A stretch of DNA of 64,000 bases from Cyanidioschyzon merolae (taxonomy: Eukaryota), in assembly GCA_000091205.1 (NCBI GenBank), contig AP006486.2; one strand, given 5' to 3'. Below, one piece after another: positions 63,697 through 64,000 of the stretch. Below the pieces are notes generated by a model that was not told the DNA's origin, did no database searches, and saw nothing but the letters and a program-made list of their open reading frames with translations. Numbering within the stretch: position 1 is the stretch's first letter; each line of letters begins with the position of its first letter. The position numbers and the translations under genes were made by a program.

Positions 63697-64000
63697 GCGA
63701 GTCGCAATGTCGGGCAACGAACTTGAGAAACACGTCGCGAACTTGGCGCACCTACATAGTTATCGTAGCGAGGTTCTCAAAAAGAGCAAGCTTCCACAGC
63801 CAGCGAAGGGAATTGCACGGCGAGCGGCGTCTCACTTTGTTAACTGGCGCCAGCTGCATAACTACCGCAAGGAGCTCGAGGAGCAATATGCGGAGTTTGC
63901 AACCGATCCCCGTTACCAAGTCGACTCGGACGAATTCGACCCGCAAGCCTACACAGAAGTTGTAAGTGCACTCCAGAGCGCGCTTCTTCTCAAACCGCCT
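63697..64000 (+). CDS. Partial CDS, 5' end only, running off the window; product unknown
   Basis: An ATG at 63697 opens an ORF 'MSGNELEKHVANLAHLHSYRSEVLKKSKLPQPAKGIARRAASHFVNWRQLHNYRKELEEQYAEFATDPRYQVDSDEFDPQAYTEV...' that continues to the window end. A GTAAGT at 63961 could be a splice donor. Confidence 0.3.

Noticed and set aside
1-64000. CRISPR array, rRNA, giant-virus or prokaryotic origin
   Set aside because: There are no regularly spaced direct repeats with unique spacers. There are no rRNA-like conserved blocks. The gene content (DHHC, KCS, EPL1, cry-DASH, ABCC/ABCG, RecQ, FANCJ-like) and alternating-strand monocistronic layout indicate a eukaryotic nuclear chromosome.

Overview
This looks like nuclear DNA from a GC-rich (~55%), intron-poor eukaryote, possibly a plastid-bearing alga or protist; the taxon is uncertain. 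Genes are mostly single-exon and alternate between strands. Conserved motifs identify the confident host genes: a FAE1/KCS-type 3-ketoacyl-CoA synthase, a DHHC palmitoyltransferase, a cryptochrome-DASH/photolyase, a RecQ helicase, a FANCJ/BRIP1-like Fe-S Rad3/XPD helicase, a J-domain protein, a macro-domain protein, an Enhancer-of-Polycomb-like protein, an MT-A70-family methyltransferase-like protein, a full ABCC/MRP transporter (2055 aa), an ABCG half-transporter, an SRPBCC protein and an HNH-endonuclease-domain protein. The most notable signal is a dispersed family of TnpB/Fanzor-like RuvC-nuclease element remnants, with a conserved RuvC-III core '(D/A/V)FNAAINIRRCAV' in at least six copies. 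One copy (42.7-45.05 kb) is near full length, with RuvC-I 'VVDADPGN', RuvC-II 'VDELRTS', a degenerate zinc-finger region and RuvC-III, but it carries frame shifts and in-frame stops. Two copies share a conserved 3' terminus ending just upstream of host gene start codons. Two near-identical ~1 kb copies form an inverted repeat (2.5-3.5 kb and 9.2-10.2 kb) around a 5.7 kb segment that carries the HNH gene. I saw no rRNA, tRNA or CRISPR. Several mini- and microsatellites are present.
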